DNA of 64,000 nt from Chlorokybus atmophyticus (taxonomy: Eukaryota; Plantae; Mesostigma and Chlorokybus algae): NCBI GenBank assembly GCA_009103225.1, contig RHPI01000003.1, forward strand, positions 342,900 through 406,899, in the 5' to 3' direction. The position numbers were made by a program, and so were the translations under genes. Position 1 is the stretch's first letter, and each line of letters begins with the position of its first letter. The notes under the pieces are model-generated. The model made no database searches and was not told where the DNA came from. It saw only the letters and a list, made by a program, of their open reading frames with translations. Positions 60,973-64,000 of the stretch are shown piece after piece.

Positions 60973-63900
60973 TTACACTTGGATGCCAAGGTTCTTCAGC
61001 GCCATGGTGGCAGCTCGCCTTCCGAGGTCGTTGCCATGCTTTGCTAGCAGCTTCAAAGGTGGGATTGCACCTGCTTTGGCGATGGCGAGTTCGTTCTCGT
61101 CGTTGAAGGAGAGGTTGCACAGGGCGCTTGCAGCCGCAGCTTGGCCGCTCTCCGGCTCTGTCTTCAGCATCTTCACGAGCAGCGGGATCGCACCTTCCCG
61201 GCCCGTGATCACCTGGTTGTCCTGGTTCAATGCAAGGTTGGCCAGCGCCAGCGCGGCGGCCTCTTTGCCTCCGGAAGAGCCCTTCTTCAACAGCTGTAAA
61301 CAGCAGCTGTGTAAGATTATGATGTGCGCATACGGTTGCTTGCAAAGCTATGTTGGCAGCCGTTGCAATGTCAGACTGTGCATCTTAGGATATTGGCAGT
61401 ACTTACCAGGACGAGTGCGGGAATGGCGGCTTCCTTCGCAATCGCTGCAGTGTTTTCGTCATTGTAAGCACTCAAGTTCCTGAGTGCCTCAGCGGCTGCC
61501 TCCTGGCCATCAGCAGTGCCATGCCTGACCGGACATAAAGTTGTCAACTTAGCACATGGACCAGCAACTAGCCGTTATTCATGCCAAGACTGAGACTTGC
61601 ATGAGCCCCATCCACGGCCCTTACCTGAGAAGCATCACCAGAGGGACAGTGGCACCCTCACGTGCAATCTCGCGCTTATTGGCAGCATCGTTGTCGCACA
61701 GGTTGCAGAGCGCGCCTGCTGCGGCCTCCTGACCGCCCGACGACCATGTCTTCAACAACATGATCAGCAGAGGGATGGCACCCTCCATGGCTATCGTGAC
61801 CTGAGGCAAAGCAACTGTCAGATATACTTGAATATGCAAGGACTGCATTGCACGTGGCATACTTACAAACACACATACAGGTATGAGAGTGTACCTTATT
61901 CTGCTCTGACATGGCAAGATTTCGCAGGACGCGTGCAGCAGCCTCCTTCTGCCGTTGTGTGCCGTGCTTTAGGAGGTAGACAGCATTGCAGATGGGGTCG
62001 CGCACAACGCGATTTATGGTGCCACCCGCTGCAGCAGGGTTGGTTCCACTTGAGCTCTGCTCCAGCGCATCAATGGAGCCGGCGGCGGCCATGCGCGAAG
62101 CGTGGCGTGCACTGCCAGGCTGGGAATCACAGTCTTGCCGCTGGGGCAAGCTGACACCATTTTGCTCAGCCCATTCTTCAATGGAGTGTCGCAGCGCCAG
62201 GTTTGGCAGCAACTCAAAGCTGTGCAGCTTCGCACCCTGTTGGAAGTATGATATGAGACCAAGGCCGCTAAGAATGAACATACAACCCATGGGTTGTATG
62301 TGCATGCAACACAGCGCTTACCGTAATGGGGCAAGTAGTATTATTCTGCAGGAACCATGCTTGGGCACTGCGCCGGTCGCATGTCTGCAGCGTGTCTGTT
62401 ATTATTACAGGGTCCACCATGATCTCCATTGTGATTGGGCACAGGAATGATCGAGGAGGCTCCGTGTTACGTTTGAAGGATGACAAGCCTGCAGCATACG
62501 AGGTCAGTCTGCAGCCACAATCTCAGGCAGCTTGCACTTATAAACTATATGCGCCCAAACCTCCAGGAATGCTACTGGGAGACATGTACCTGATGGCATC
62601 CTCTTCGGTGTCTTCGGATTTCTCTTCTTGACAGGTGTGCTCGCAGCGCTTGTGCTAGCGCCGTTATTGTCTTCAGCACCGCTAGCATCCATGTCATCGT
62701 CATCATCTTGCATATCGCTGTCGGAGTCACTCGCTGCAGTGCTCAGAACATCTGCGGACGACTCGTCTTCGCGAGCTGGAAGCTTCTCGAGCGCTTTATT
62801 ATCTTCGGCTGTCAGTTCACTGCGCCATATGATGTTGTGAGCATACTGCCAACTAGTCATGCTTTTCACTATGCTCTCAACAATAACGAACATCTATGTA
62901 CCAGCCATCGTCGGCGCTGCGGACAATGGAGCTCTGCACTGTCATAGCTGTCGCCTTCGCCTTCCCCTTCCTGTAAGCTTGGATAGTGGTGGGAGATAGG
63001 GCACCATAACGGGTTTTCTTCTCATAGTCCTTTAGCATGCTGGAGATCTGCTTCATATACTCATCCTCCTGCAGCAATACAACATGGAGACTCAGCTATT
63101 GTCAACGCACACTGAGGCATACATTGCTTAACCAATCGGTCCAAAACTCCTGCCAGCACATCTTGTCACCAACCTGTGCCTCATTTTCTTCACGCAGTCT
63201 TGGCAGGTCCCGCTCAAGTCCAGCAACCTCGGTGCGCAGGTCGTCCTCCTCTGCTTGAGGAGCTTGCGCATCCTCAGCGCTGCGCGTCAACACTGCTTCG
63301 GATGACACTGCTGCAGACTGTGTGGCAATGCAGGCTGTGAGCTACTATGAACGGCAGCTGCTTGATGAGTGGTACTCGCGACAATGGTGTTGGTCAGGCG
63401 GCTTTACCTCGTGTGACTGAGGGCGGAGAAGCATTGCCCGCCTTTGGCTTGTTGCTACGCGTTCATCGTGCACAGCGAACTGCAGGCACAGCGACAGGTC
63501 AGCCACACAAGCCAATGAAAGTTTGGCTTCGAGACTACACGCGTGGAAGCACAGCACAGGCGATGAAATCAGTTTGTATGTCAGACCTGTGCGTCCCGCA
63601 GTTGTGAGCGCACGAGCTCAATCAGCTGCGCGGCGCCAGGGCTGAGGTTTAGCTCAGCCACAGGCAACAATGCCAAGGCACGATCAATCTCTGCTGCATG
63701 AGAACGCAGCCGCTGCGTGACCTGATATTTATAAAAGAGAAATGTTCAGCACACTGCTGCTTGCACTTACAATGCAATCATCTCATGCAATGGTAGCACA
63801 CCTTGCGCCCATGCAGCAACAAGTACATGCGCGACCCCTCAGCGCACTCTGCAATGGTGTCACGAGCCTGCAACGACAATCAGCTTGTCAGCTTGTGCAC

Positions 63901-64000
63901 TACCAATAAATTGAAATTCCCCCTTGCAGTGGAAGTTGCAAGCAGTGGCTAAAACTCTTGATTACCTGCTCAGCTGCACTCAGCAAGGCATCTAGAGCTG
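60973..64000 (-). CDS. Plant-type UND-U-box-ARM E3 ubiquitin ligase (PUB); 5' end lies beyond the window
   Basis: UND-like VTQRLRSHAAEIDRALALLPVAELNLS...IELVRSQLRDAQ; U-box PPRSFLCPITMEIMVDPVI...TCDR...WF...TTCPIT...LLPNLALRHSIEEW; at least five ARM repeats (EGAIPLL..LL..G...QEAAA.AL.NL); stop TAA at 60973-60975. Confidence 0.93.

Noticed and set aside
1-64000. CRISPR arrays, rRNA genes, prokaryotic operons
   Set aside because: No regularly spaced repeat-spacer array or rRNA-like sequence seen; genes are intron-containing and eukaryotic.

Overview
Eukaryotic nuclear DNA with short GT-AG introns (about 70-150 nt). A streptophyte or other green alga is my inference, from a plant-type UND-U-box-ARM gene, an X8+GH17 gene and a DNMT-carrying retroelement. 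Bases 1-24.9 kb are a nest of decayed transposons: a CACTA TnpA-like relic, a chromodomain Ty3/gypsy tandem, gag-only copia elements, DIRS-like gag copies and an 8-bp-TSD hAT-like insertion. Bases 26-46 kb are a gene island: NADP-isocitrate dehydrogenase, a PlsC-type acyltransferase, p24delta, an X8-GH17 glucanase, a possible SRCR-like exon and a Cys-rich VWC-like secreted protein. It also holds a Tc1/pogo MITE and a 506-bp TRIM with tRNA-type A and B boxes. The most striking object is at 49215-59050 (-): a 9.8-kb degenerate Ty3/gypsy-type retroelement with gag, protease, a C5 DNA methyltransferase, RT, RNase H and a PHD finger. It has no integrase core or tyrosine recombinase and is bounded by split direct repeats (A...B-A-B) rather than two ordinary LTRs. 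The window ends inside a UND-U-box-ARM E3 ligase gene. All domain calls are by eye from motifs; no searches were run.
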